DNA of 43,502 nt from Tubiluchus corallicola (Eukaryota > Animalia > Priapulida), in NCBI GenBank assembly GCA_030141605.1, contig JAQGDQ010001381.1, positions 1 to 43,502 on the forward strand, read 5' to 3'. Every line of letters begins with the position of its first letter. The stretch's first letter is position 1. Below are positions 27,273-38,819 of the stretch, one piece after another. The notes under the pieces are model-generated. The model had not been told where the DNA came from and searched no databases. It saw nothing but the letters and a program-made list of their open reading frames with translations. Both the position numbers and the translations under genes were made by a program.

Positions 27273-27822
27273 TATATTTTTGTCATTTGAAAAAACTTCT
27301 AACCAGCTCGGATAAAAGTGCAGCTAAAATAAGAGATTACAATTCGTATTTGTGTGTGAGTTTGTGACCTATATATTCAGAATGAAGCCCGAAGCACAGC
27401 TGTTACCAAAAGTATTTTGAATCTCATGTAATCTGAAGTTATTTTTTACAGCGAAATCGTGTAACACGAGAAAGCCCTAAATGTCATAAATAGAGCTTAG
27501 AAAATTCATCTTCAAATTTTGCGTGACTTAAGTGCATCATCTTATTGCGTGCAGGACTTGTGTTAGCAGTAACGCTGTATAAAACTTGTAAATTTGAACT
27601 CTCGCGATAGCCATTTTAACGGTGAATTACTTGAAACAAGTTTAGATAACTTTGCATAAAGTTTGAAAAAAATAATCAGAGCATTTGTAGAAAGTTGTTC
27701 GCTGACTAAGCAAAAGTTTGAATTAACTTTGCATGGAAGGTTTTTTAGATCATACAGGGTGTTTCAAAAGTGACTATGAATTGTAATTTTCTCTTTAGTT
27801 TTTCTTCAATCTGAGCAAGCTC

Positions 27823-27895
27823 TCACGTGAATCAAAAGGGGTCCTTGTGAGTTCTTGTTGTTTGCTTTTTGACTGAACCCGGTTGCTATGGCGAC
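27823..27895. promoter_or_regulatory. E-box plus RFX X-box-like pair
   Basis: TCACGTGA at 27823-27830 and GTTGCTATGGCGAC at 27882-27895 (X-box consensus GTTNCCATGGNAAC). Confidence 0.4.
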
Positions 27896-27992
27896 GACGC
27901 TAACGTTAGAAATGAGATGCAAAATGGCACGAGATCCTTTAATTACCCACTGAAATACAGTGGAAATTCTGGCACCATGTGAACTACACCAT

Positions 27993-28906
27993 TTTCTCAC
28001 TATTAACACCATTATCTCACTATTAGCACCACTTTCTCACTATTAACATCATTATCCAGTATCTCACAATTAGCACCATTTTCTCACTATTAACACTATT
28101 ATCTCACTATTAACACCATTATCAGACTATTAACACCATTCTCTCACGATTAGCACGATTCTGTCACTATTAACACCATTCTGTCAGTTTTAACACCATT
28201 TTCTCACTATTAACACCATTCTCTCACTATTAACACCATTCTCTCACTATTAACACCATTCTCTCACTATTAACACCATTCTCTCACTATTACCATCGTT
28301 CTCTCACTATTAACACCATTCTTTCACTATTAACACCATTCTCACACTATTAACACCATTCTCTCACTATTAGCACAATTATCTCACTATTAACACCATT
28401 CTTTCACTATTAACACCATTATCTCACTATTAACACCATTCTCTCACTATTAACACCATTCTCTCACTATTAACACCATTCTCTCACTATTACCATCGTT
28501 CTCTCACTATTAACACCATTCTTTCACTATTAACACCATTCTCACACTATTAACACCATTCTCTCACTATTAGCACAATTATCTCACTATTAACACCATT
28601 CTTTCACTATTAACACCATTATCTCACTATTAACACAATTATCTCACTATTAACACCATTCTTTCACTATTAACACCATTCTTTCACTATTAACACCATT
28701 ATCTCACTATTAACACAATTATCTCACTATTAACACCATTCTTTCACTATTAACACCATTATCTCACTATTAACACAATTATCTCACTATTAACACCATT
28801 CTTTCATTATTAACACCATTCTTTTGCTATTAGCACCATTATCTCACTATTAACACCATTCTTTCATTATTAACACCATTCTTTCACTATTAGCACCATT
28901 CTCTCT
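27993..28906. repeat. 20-bp minisatellite, ~45 copies
   Basis: Unit ctctcactattaacaccatt. Confidence 0.97.
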
Positions 28907-29684
28907 GGACAATCTGAAGAATCTTGACAATTATACATTCTCCTGCTGTACAACTGCTTGCAATGTTGTTGTTATAATATAGCTGGAGGCATCTGGCCTC
29001 ATGAATAAAAATGTTTTTACGGTCTACGCAGTAACTTATTGCCATTTATTTTTCATTTCAAATTTTTTACTACTTCGCCAGTGATATAATGATTAAGTTC
29101 GCTGTGAGTATAATGTCGGCCATGCCATAAAAACTGTTAACTTATGCAATAAATTATTTTGCTTTAACGCCATTTGTGCAAAAATGAGACTTTCTTAGCC
29201 TCAGCTATAATAAATAGTTATTAGCTATAAATATCTCTTACCTCTTATTATATCAAGGTCGTCTCTATTACTTGAGTTATAGCTTAGCTTAGCACTTAGC
29301 TTATAACCAGCAAATGCCAGTGATACTAAAAATTTTGAATGTATTATTGTAGCATTAATTTTGCTAATGAATCACTTATATTCTTATAACTTGCGCCCCC
29401 CCCCCTCACCATAGCCTATCTTTAATGGTCACGATGGCTACATTACTACCATCAATTATATTTAAATGTTCTATACAATTATAGTTATTACTACAACTGT
29501 AATGTATAATTTAATCTCTTCTCCCCCACTTAAATTTGGGTACATATACCTGTATATCATTGTATATACAAGTAAGTAATATGGTGCATTGTAATACAAG
29601 TAAGTGGTGCATTGACAGATAATTTGATAATTCAAATTCGTAAATATATAAAAAAAATTTCACTCTTTAAGGCTCATTCATAGT

Positions 29685-29772
29685 CTACTACTACTACTAA
29701 TACTACTATAATAATAATAATAATAATAGCAACAATAATAATAATAATAACGATAATAGTAATAGTAGTAGC

Positions 29773-29815
<43 letters not shown>

Positions 29816-29818
29816 GTA

Positions 29819-29869
<51 letters not shown>

Positions 29870-29881
29870 GTAGTAGTAGTA

Positions 29882-29950
<69 letters not shown>
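29685..29950. repeat. (AAT)n microsatellite
   Basis: Seen directly. Confidence 0.97.
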
Positions 29951-29952
<2 letters not shown>

Positions 29953-30416
29953 CATTTCGTTTGCCTGTCAGAATTAAAGAGGACCTAGTACATTCTGACA
30001 GAGGGGTGCAAAGGGTTGGGCAAACGAAAGACCGTTGTTAGAAGGAAGTTGTTGGGGAACGACAGGCAGGATGGGTTAGTAGAACTAAAACTATCCTCTA
30101 TAACGGTACACAAAAGTAAATGAAGTCATATATGCTAATAATGATTCGGCAACCGTTTGGTTTTTCGCTACCCCCCCCCCCCCCGGTAAGTTTAACAACC
30201 ATAATATGAGTGGTTTTGCTTCTCTTAAGATTTCCTCCATGATGTAGAAGGAGAGTGTATAATGTGCATTACTGGTCTGCCAACTTTACTGCTTACTTTA
30301 TTGCCAAATAGGTAATGAGAGCTACTTATTCTTTACCTATTTGGCTCCTGGGAAATACTTAATTAGTACATCATAGCCTCTGCCTATATGAACTGGTTGT
30401 ATGTTTGTAAAATCTA

Positions 30417-30455
30417 CCACTGATGATGACAGCAGTAGCCTGTCGAAACGTTTGG
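30417..30455 (+). ncRNA. minimal type I hammerhead ribozyme (Penelope/retrozyme type)
   Basis: cca-CTGATGA-t-gacag(cagtagc)ctgtc-GAAA-CGTT-tgg: complete core, stem II, palindromic ACGT stem III, short stem I and a downstream AATAAA. Confidence 0.8.
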
Positions 30456-30524
30456 CATGATTTTAATTATGTAAAGTAAAAGTTTTAATAAAGTTATGTT
30501 CTGATTAATTATAAATAGTTATAA

Positions 30525-31099
30525 GTTTATTTATTTCCACTCTGCATCTAACAGTTATAATAAAAATACAGATAATTTCACTGAAGTAAATATAAATATA
30601 AATACAATATTATCCAGAAATTGCAAGAGAGATTCTTATGCAGCATATAAATGTGCAAATTACATTACAGAGTAATTTTGATGCATACAGTTTGAGCTTA
30701 AAAGCGTAGCTTGACAGGCCAAACTGTACATGGAAATCTTAAAGAAGTGATTAATAATTGAAATAATGATAATATATACATAAAATTGTGGGGGGGGGGT
30801 TGTGAATGAAAGATGAAATGGAGCAAGAACTAAGAAAAACTGTGATCATAAAGTGTTCAGTAACCTGTTGAGCACTGTATGTATGTATATAGCTTATATG
30901 TCAAGTTATGTATATAGCTTATATGTATTTTGACAAGCAGCACATAATGTGTATTATATGTATTATGTATTTTCCTTGACTAATCTGACAAGGCCAAACT
31001 GTACGTGGAAATCTTAAAGAAGTGATTAATAATTGAAATAATAATAATAATATATACATAAAAGTGTGGGGGGTAGTGAATGAAAGATGAAATGGAGCA
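30525..31099 (-). repeat. inverted copy of 23258-23720 plus a partial re-duplication (~30986-31099)
   Basis: Direct match. Confidence 0.88.
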
Positions 31100-31509
31100 T
31101 ATCTCTACCCTCATCTCTGTGTTTATATTGTATTATAATTTGCATGTACTGTAATGTAATGTGGTTATTGAAACAAATAAACACATTGAATTGAATTACT
31201 AAGCTTAGTAACCATAATATGAGTGCTTTGGCACCTCTTAACGTTTTCTCCGGGATGCAGAAGGAGAACTAAACGTGTTGTTTCAATCTCCGTTTCCGTG
31301 TCTTTGAAATCCCAGCCGTATTGATTTCTGATTTGTGGACATAGTGCAAATCTTGTACCTTGCTGTGCCCTGAGCTTTAATTATGTCCGGTTTGTATGCA
31401 CGGTGTTGTGTATCCGCTTCAATCTCATTAGTGAGAAGTATTGATTGTTGCTTTGATAATCGCCCGTTGTGTTTCCTTTGACAAGCACCTACACACGACG
31501 TGTTCATTG

Positions 31510-32068
31510 TGATCGCGAGGCGTCAGGGTTCGAAAAACTCTGATTCGCTAACTGGTTTTTTCATGTTACTTCTTCTCAACGTTGAGCATATTTAGTTCCG
31601 GTTGTGTGTGGATGGTGGTCCTTAGTGGATGCCCCAGTTGCATTACTAAGCAGTGGCTCTAGATTTGGGCAATAGATCTGCGGTATGTTAAAATATATAT
31701 GTGCTGCTCCTATTTGCTATCTAGGAAAACCAATCTAGGAGGACAGCCAAGGGGCAGAATTAGCGCGGAAAGAAGACCCTGTTGAGCTTCACTCTAATCC
31801 GACTCTGTGAAGAGACAGGAGAAGTGTAAGAATAGGTGGGAGGCTTCGGCTACTGCTGAAATACCACATGGTTTCTTTACTTATTCGCAGTGAGTGAGCC
31901 GAGTGGCTCTTTGTTCTAGAATTAAGACACGGCTGCCTGAGACATATACGGAGAAAATGTAATTTTAGTAAAGTCCTCTAGAGGGCACTTCATTTGTGTT
32001 TCGGTGCTAAGGAAGTAATTCCTACTCCCTTAGACTTACAGCGGCACTAAATGGGGTAAACAAACAAA
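31510..32068 (+). mobile_element. putative composite SINE: truncated tRNA head, 28S rRNA-derived body and structured tail
   Basis: T-arm/B-box tcagggTTCGAaaaactctga, 28S segment, (CAAA)n tail and a degenerate TSD acgacgtgttcattg / acgacattttcctcg. Confidence 0.55.
31704..31934 (+). pseudogene. diverged 28S rRNA fragment
   Basis: ggaaagaagaccctgttgagctt.actcta..cgact.tgtgaagagaca.gaga.gtgta...ggtgggagg...tgaaataccac matches the conserved LSU sequence downstream of the R2/R1 sites. Contains indels and has no flanking rDNA. Confidence 0.9.
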
Positions 32069-33244
32069 ACGACATTTTCCTCGACTGAGAACCATTTCAA
32101 TCAAATCAAAGAATGTGTGGTTTTCCGCAGGGTTACATGCTTTGTCCCGTCCTGTATGTGATACTCATACGTTGATCTCTATTAAGTGGTTACGGTTTAT
32201 GACATTGACAGTGTGGTCTTCCACAGGGTTACATGCTTGGTCCCGTCCTGTATTTGATACTTATACATTGATCTCTATTAAGTGGTTACGGTTTATGACA
32301 TTGACTTTATTGCATCGGCATCCCTGACATTGCTGGTGTGGCTTCAAGTGACATTGCTGGTGTGGCTTCGCTGGCTTCATCGTAACCTTCCTTCAAATTT
32401 GTAATCCTCCCTGGTTGTCAAGGTCTGATTTGAGGATTTACGCTTGCACACGGATCAATACTTGTAAACCAATAAGCTCGTTTTCTGACTTCTAACGGTA
32501 GCCCTGGGATTCTAGTGATCTTTTTTCTTCTTGGTTAATTAGTTAAGTTAATTAACGTGTTGCCAACACAGTGTCATGGGTGTTGCAGAAACGGCAATTT
32601 CGTTTTGATTTGCCGATAATTGCACTTTTGGTTGAGTTTTGTTTGCATCAAAAATTATCAAGTTTCGGGCTGTGAATTTTCAGTAGCATTTTTGTCCCGG
32701 TTACATTGTTTTTCTGCGAGATGTTAAAAATTGCTGAAAAATTTCTGTTAAAATAGTTCAAATAAAGAATAAATATCATTTATTTAACTTTTTGTACCAT
32801 TTATAGCATGCTTTTTACGGCAATGTGGCATATCTTCATTGCTGAGGACTGTGAAGCTTTAAGGTCTCCAGGCACAATCAACCGAAATACCAAAGTGCAA
32901 TTTGAATAAAAACTTATAGTAAAACTTTACTAAATATTGGTAAGAAAATATTAAAAAAAATATTATTTGTCAATTTTTTTGATTCATCATGATCTTTAAC
33001 CATAAACATTGATCTACTTTTTTTGGTTAGGATTTTTTGCCTAGCTACTTCATTAAGCTTGCATCAGAGCAAATATAAGCGAACAAGCAAAAACAAAGCA
33101 TTTTTTTATTTAAGATTTTTTTTTCGGTTTTGATAACAGTTGGTTTGGCAAATGTGATGTCGGTTCGGTTTCGGTATCGGTATCGGTTTCCTGAATTTCT
33201 TAAGTTTCGGTTTGTAATTTCACGTTCAGTAACATACCTGCACA

Positions 33245-33792
33245 TTGTTGGCATCCTTCTGTCTCGGAAGACAATGGAGTATGCATAAAGAGAGTCGGTT
33301 ATTGATCACATTGATGGAGCTGCAGTGTCGACTGTGGCTGAGCAGTCCGATCCTTGAACGTCTCCAGGGCGCATGCCTGGGCAAGGTGTATGGAGATCCT
33401 GAGTTGCCCAGACAACAGGAACCCCCTCTCTTCCTCCCTGGTGTAGTCCAAAGGAAAGCGGAGTGATACGTTTGGCACCAGGTTGGCTGCAGGAGCTGCC
33501 GGAGTCAGTGAGCATGCTGCACTGGTCCGCCTTCAGGGCTCCACTCCTGATTTGGAAGGTTTACTCCTCTACACATGGCCGTTGGGTCACTCAGTTTCCT
33601 CCGCCCTCTAGCTGTTGGCTGCTTGTGCAGCTCCTCCGCCTAGTGTCGAGAGATACAGTGTGGGCATCTCGCAAGCCTACAGCACCTGGTATTCCTAGGT
33701 GGTCACCCATCCAAGTACTAACCAGGCTCTACATTGCTTAACTTCGGTGATCAGACGAGAACCGGTGTTTTCAACGTGATTTGGCCGTAGTT
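33245..33792 (-). mobile_element. 5S rRNA-derived SINE (SINE3 class), ~548 bp
   Basis: Full 5S head, a GC-rich ~430-bp body and a tail ending ggatgccaacaa. Degenerate TSD atacctgcaca (33234-33244) / atccctgcgca (33793-33803). Confidence 0.8.
33673..33792 (-). pseudogene. 5S rRNA-like sequence (SINE head, probably not a functional gene)
   Basis: ctacggcca..cacgttgaaaacaccggttctcgtctgatcaccgaagttaagcaa..ggttagtacttggatgggtgacc..gaataccaggtgctgtaggctt. No T-run terminator follows. Confidence 0.92.
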
Positions 33793-35085
33793 ATCCCTGC
33801 GCAGAGTATCTGTATTTATAGCTCGACTTCACAACATGTTCTTTTGAGAAACCTGTTCAGGCCCTATGGGTCACCTATAAAACATTTGCATTCGTAATTA
33901 TATTGTGCCGGTTTTTTAATCTTCCAGTTGGTATAAGGGAAATCTATGCAGTTTTCATCCCGCCTATTTGTATGTGTTTCTAAAAGATTGTTAGACGGTG
34001 GCGGCGGATCGTATATAGGTACTGTGGAACTGCAGCACCCCCTATTTTCACTCGATATTATCGATAATGTTCAATATAAGTCTTATTTTTAGTTCTTTCT
34101 GTATGCTTGTGCGGAATCAGTGCACGTGAGGGTAGTACTGTTTACTTCACAGCCCAGCATAGTGCACTCCTGCACACTTGTGCACACGTCTGAGCCCGGG
34201 TAGAGAAAGTACTGTCGCTCACACAGTTTGTTGTCATTTGTCATGTATAAAACAGCTTTTAGAGCTTTTATTTCATTCATTTCACTGCAGTTTTTTCGTT
34301 TCTTTATAGCGCCTGTAATTTAAGATCACGTCGGTTCGTGTTTTCTGAGATAATTTGTGGTTGATAACGTAACGTAACGATAACGTAAAGCAGTTATGGA
34401 ACGGTGCACTTTAACTACACATATCATATCGGTAAGTTATTATATCTTTGTTTTAGACTTCATATGTTCGTTAGCGAAGATATATCTGTCCGAATTTGCC
34501 GATTGTTCGTATTTACCGATACTAAGCTAATACAGTACTAACTAAGCCTTCTACCCTTCCTGTGTGATCTAACCTTTCTCCCAGTTCTTTTTTTGTTCAC
34601 TCATCCATTCTTTTTTTATCGGGTTTACGTGACAGTGGGCTTATACAAGCCTTTGCTTCTCTAGCCCACTGCAGTACAATTATTCTTTTATGATAACGAT
34701 AGTGTATGAAACATAAGAATTTAATACAGTAGATGTAATAATTTTGATGTCACTGTGTGCTTAATGTCATTATATTGTACTGAATGTGATAATAATAATA
34801 AATGAAATAAAAAAACAGAAGGCGCCGTGCATTACACTCACGGTAATGTAGAATGAATTACCTAATTGTCTCAAAAATGCCGCTCCTGTGCAAAAGTATG
34901 TAAAAACTGTCAGTAATTGAGTCAAATAATGATGCATAATTGTCTCTATGTTCTTGTGCACGTGGTTACATTGATGTAAACAAACTGACGACCCGCCAGC
35001 TAGCGGTCAGCTCCCGAAATAACGGACAGTGTCCGTGTTATGCGGGACTTTTAACGGACCAGATTTTATTCATGTAGCTTATGGG

Positions 35086-35359
35086 TTACTTCCTCAGTGT
35101 AAACATTAGCAATATGCAACACTCTTGGAAATGCATAATCAGTGAACAACCCAAACAAAATACAGAAGAGTGCCTTCTCTAGGACTCGCATTGCTATTAC
35201 AGATTCTTTATAATGAATAAGTAAATAAATATATACAAATTGATTGATGTAATAGTAATAGAAATAGCGAGAACACTTTTTGCATTTTGTTACAGCCATT
35301 CGGGGATTTAACATTTCAAAGAGTGTTGCATATTGCTAATGTTTCCTCTGAGTAAGCAA
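35086..35359. mobile_element. small MITE-like element with ~48-bp terminal inverted repeats
   Basis: aaacattagcaatatgcaacactctt.gaaatg versus catttc.aagagtgttgcatattgctaatgttt. Confidence 0.7.
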
Positions 35360-35927
35360 CTCTTAAGGGACTGCAAAATATCTGTCTGTTAGTGAAATCA
35401 ATTATTTTTATTATAAAATCAATAATTCCGCCTATAATCTCTGTTTTATTAAGTAGCCTCTTCGATACTAAACCTATTAAATTTTCTGCGAATTGTAACC
35501 GTGTTGAATTTGGTAGTTTGATTTCATTTTCCCGTAGCCCCTATGTGGGAATTTTTGCTAGTTTTTTCATACATCAAGTGAAGCTTTAATACATTTGAAG
35601 TGATATTACCGCATGTTGCTCGCTTTTATGCTTGGATTTATTCAGGGGCGTGTCAAGACTTTAAGATGCTCTAGGCTGCTAGTTCTGTCCATGGTTGTTT
35701 ATGTAAGGGAGCAGATTAAACCATTTGTGGTGTATTAGAAACACTGTTAACCTAGTTTTTATGTGTTCATTATGAGTTACATGTTTTTGCACAGCACTTA
35801 TATTTAATCAAGTTGTGCAACTGTTTGTTGTGCATTGCCTTGCACCTGTTCATTATGTGGCACTTATATAAAAGCTATGCTCAGAAACTGCATGTGGTGT
35901 GTTACAAAATGCACCCTTTACATGAAG

Positions 35928-35993
35928 ATGAGTGAGAGAGAGAGAGAGTGAGCGAGAGCGAGTGAGAGAGAGAGAGAGCGAGAGAGACAGAGA

Positions 35994-36031
<38 letters not shown>

Positions 36032-36068
36032 CAGAGAGAGAGAGAGAGAGAGAGGGGGGAGAGGGGGA

Positions 36069-36152
<84 letters not shown>
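35928..36152. repeat. (GA)n microsatellite
   Basis: Seen directly. Confidence 0.98.
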
Positions 36153-36158
<6 letters not shown>

Positions 36159-36222
36159 ACGTAATAATTTGCTGTTGTGATCTTATCACATTTACATTTT
36201 GTGTGTTTCCCACAGGGGTACG

Positions 36223-36492
36223 ATGGGGTGTGCACCTAGCTTGCACGTCTCACAAACCGGGGTCATCTACTGCCGAGACTCGGACGAATCCAACTCCCAC
36301 TCACCCGGGCAGTCCTCCTCCATTTCCGGCAGCGTTCAGCAGCAGACGAAGGTCGTCTTTCCTAAAACCGAAGTCACCACCACCGCCGATCCGTGTGCGT
36401 CCACGTCCATCGAGCTGACGCAGCACATCCGATTTCTGAACAGACGCGGAACCATCGAGGCGGAGACACAGACAAGCCAAGTTTTGTTAAAG
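36223..36492 (+). CDS. PDE8: cAMP-specific phosphodiesterase 8, first coding exon (90 codons)
   Basis: [25 protein letters not shown]...EAETQT matches the PDE8B N-terminus ([23 protein letters not shown]...EAETQT). Acceptor ttcccacAG at 36214-36215, donor GTtcgt at 36493. Remaining exons lie beyond the window. Confidence 0.93.
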
Positions 36493-36794
36493 GTTCGTGC
36501 CTTTTTTATCTTTGTTGCTTGTTATTGATCACTTCTGTTATAACCTGCAGGAACAGTTGTATTGCCCTTTAACTGAAGCCATTTTTATCTTTGTTGCTTG
36601 TTATTGATCACTTCTGTTATAACCTGCAGGAACAGTTGTGGCGCCCTCCCGTTTTTTTGCCAAAAATTTTAGCTGCAGCCATTTTTTTATAGTTTTATGT
36701 TATATCAGTCCCAGTGTAATGGAAGCTGGTTAGAGTAAGGGGGCATTCATTTGCCAAGAATTTATCACTTGGCTTTTCCTTTAACTCCTTCTGG

Positions 36795-38760
36795 ACTGCA
36801 TCATTCAAAATAGGTCTCATAAGACCGACTTTTCTGCTACTGTATGAGCACAGACATAACTAAATGATAACAAATTAGGTACTGTTCTACTGCATCATTC
36901 AAAATAGGTCTCATAAGACCTATGACTTTTCTGCTACTGTATGAGCACAGACATAACTAAATGATAACAAATTAGATACTGTTCTACTGCATCATTCAAA
37001 ATAGGTCTCATAAGACCTATGACTTTTCTGCTACTGTATGAGCACAGACATAACTAAATGATAACAAATTAGGTACTGTTCTACTGCATCATTCAAAATA
37101 GGTCTCATAAGACCTGTGACATTTCTGCTGCTGTATGAGCACAGACATAACTAAATGATAACAAATTAGGTACTGTTCTACTGCATCATTCAAAATAGGT
37201 CTCATAAGACCTGTGACTTTTCTGCTACTGTATGAGCACAGGCATAACTAAATGATAACAAATTAGGTACTGTTCTACTGCATCATTCAAAATGGGTCTC
37301 ATAAGACCTATGACTTTTCTGCTACTGTATGAGCACAGACATAACTAAATGATAACAAATTAGGTACTGTTCTACGGCATCATTCAAAATAGGTCTCATA
37401 AGACCTGTGACTTTTCTGCTACTGTATGAGCACAGGCATAACTAAATGATAACAAATTAGGTACTGTTCTACTGCATCATTCAAAATAGGTCTCATAAGA
37501 CCTGTGACTTTTCTGCTACTGTATGAGCACAGACATAACTAAATGATAACAAATTAGGTACTGTTCTACTGCATCATTCAAAATGGGTCTCATAAGACCT
37601 ATGACTTTTCTGCTACTGTATGAGCACAGACATAACTAAATGATAACAAATTAGGTACTGTTCTACTGCATCATTCAAAATGGGTCTCATAAGACCTATG
37701 ACTTTTCTGCTACTGTATGAGCACAGACATAACTAAATGATAACAAATTAGGTACTGTTTTAGTGCATCATTCAAAATAGGTCTCATAAGACCTGTGACT
37801 TTTCTGCTGCTGTATGACCACAGACATAACTAAATGATAACAAATTAGGTACTGTTCTACTGCATCATTCAAAATAGGTCTCATAAGACCTATGACTTTT
37901 CTGCTACTGTATGAGCACAGACATAACTAAATGATAACAAATTAGGTACTATTCTACTGCATCATTCAAGATAGGTCTCATAAGACCCCATGACTTTTCT
38001 GCTACTGTATGAGCACAGACATAACTAAATGATAACAAATTAGATACTGTTCTACTGCATCATTCAAAATAGGTCTCATAAGACCTGTGACATTTCTGCT
38101 GCTGTATGAGCACAGACATAACTAAATGATAAATTAGGTACTGTTCTACTGCATCATTCAAAATAGGTCTCATAAGACCCCATGACTTTTCTGCTGCTGT
38201 ATGAGCACAGACATAACTAAATGATAACAAATTAGGTACTGTTCTACTGAATCATTCAAAATAGGTCTCATAAGACCTGTGACATTTCTGCTGCTGTATG
38301 AGCACAGACATAACTAAATGATAAATTAGGTACTGTTCTACTGCATCATTCAAAATAGGTCTCATAAGACCCCATGACTTTTCTGCTGCTGTATGAGCAC
38401 AGACATAACTAAATGATAACAAATTAGGTACTGTTCTACTGCATCATTCAAAATAGGTCTCATAAGACCTATGACTTTTCTGCTACTGTATGAGCACAGA
38501 CATAACTAAATGATAACAAATTAGGTACTGTTCTACTGAATCATTCAAAATAGGTCTCATAAGACCTGTGACTTTTCTGCTACTGTATGAGCACAGACAT
38601 AACTAAATGATAACAAATTAGATACTGTTCTACTGCATCATTCAAAATAGGTCTCATAAGACCTGTGACTTTTCTGCTACTGTATGAGCACAGACATAAC
38701 TAAATGATAACAAATTAGGTACTGTTCTACTGCATCATTCAAAATAAGTCTCGTAAGATT
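36795..38760. repeat. 97-bp tandem satellite, ~20 copies, in the PDE8 intron
   Basis: tgcatcattcaaaa recurs at 36891, 36988 and onwards. Each unit has the hairpin ataggtct-cata-agacctat. Confidence 0.97.
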
Positions 38761-38819
38761 TCCTGATTTCTCTGCGATAGATAAGGCCATGTCGTGCGAA
38801 ATATATATATATATATATA

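Noticed and set aside
33673-33792. Functional 5S rRNA gene
   Set aside because: Solitary, carries helix-disrupting substitutions, has no terminator and sits within a TSD-flanked unit.
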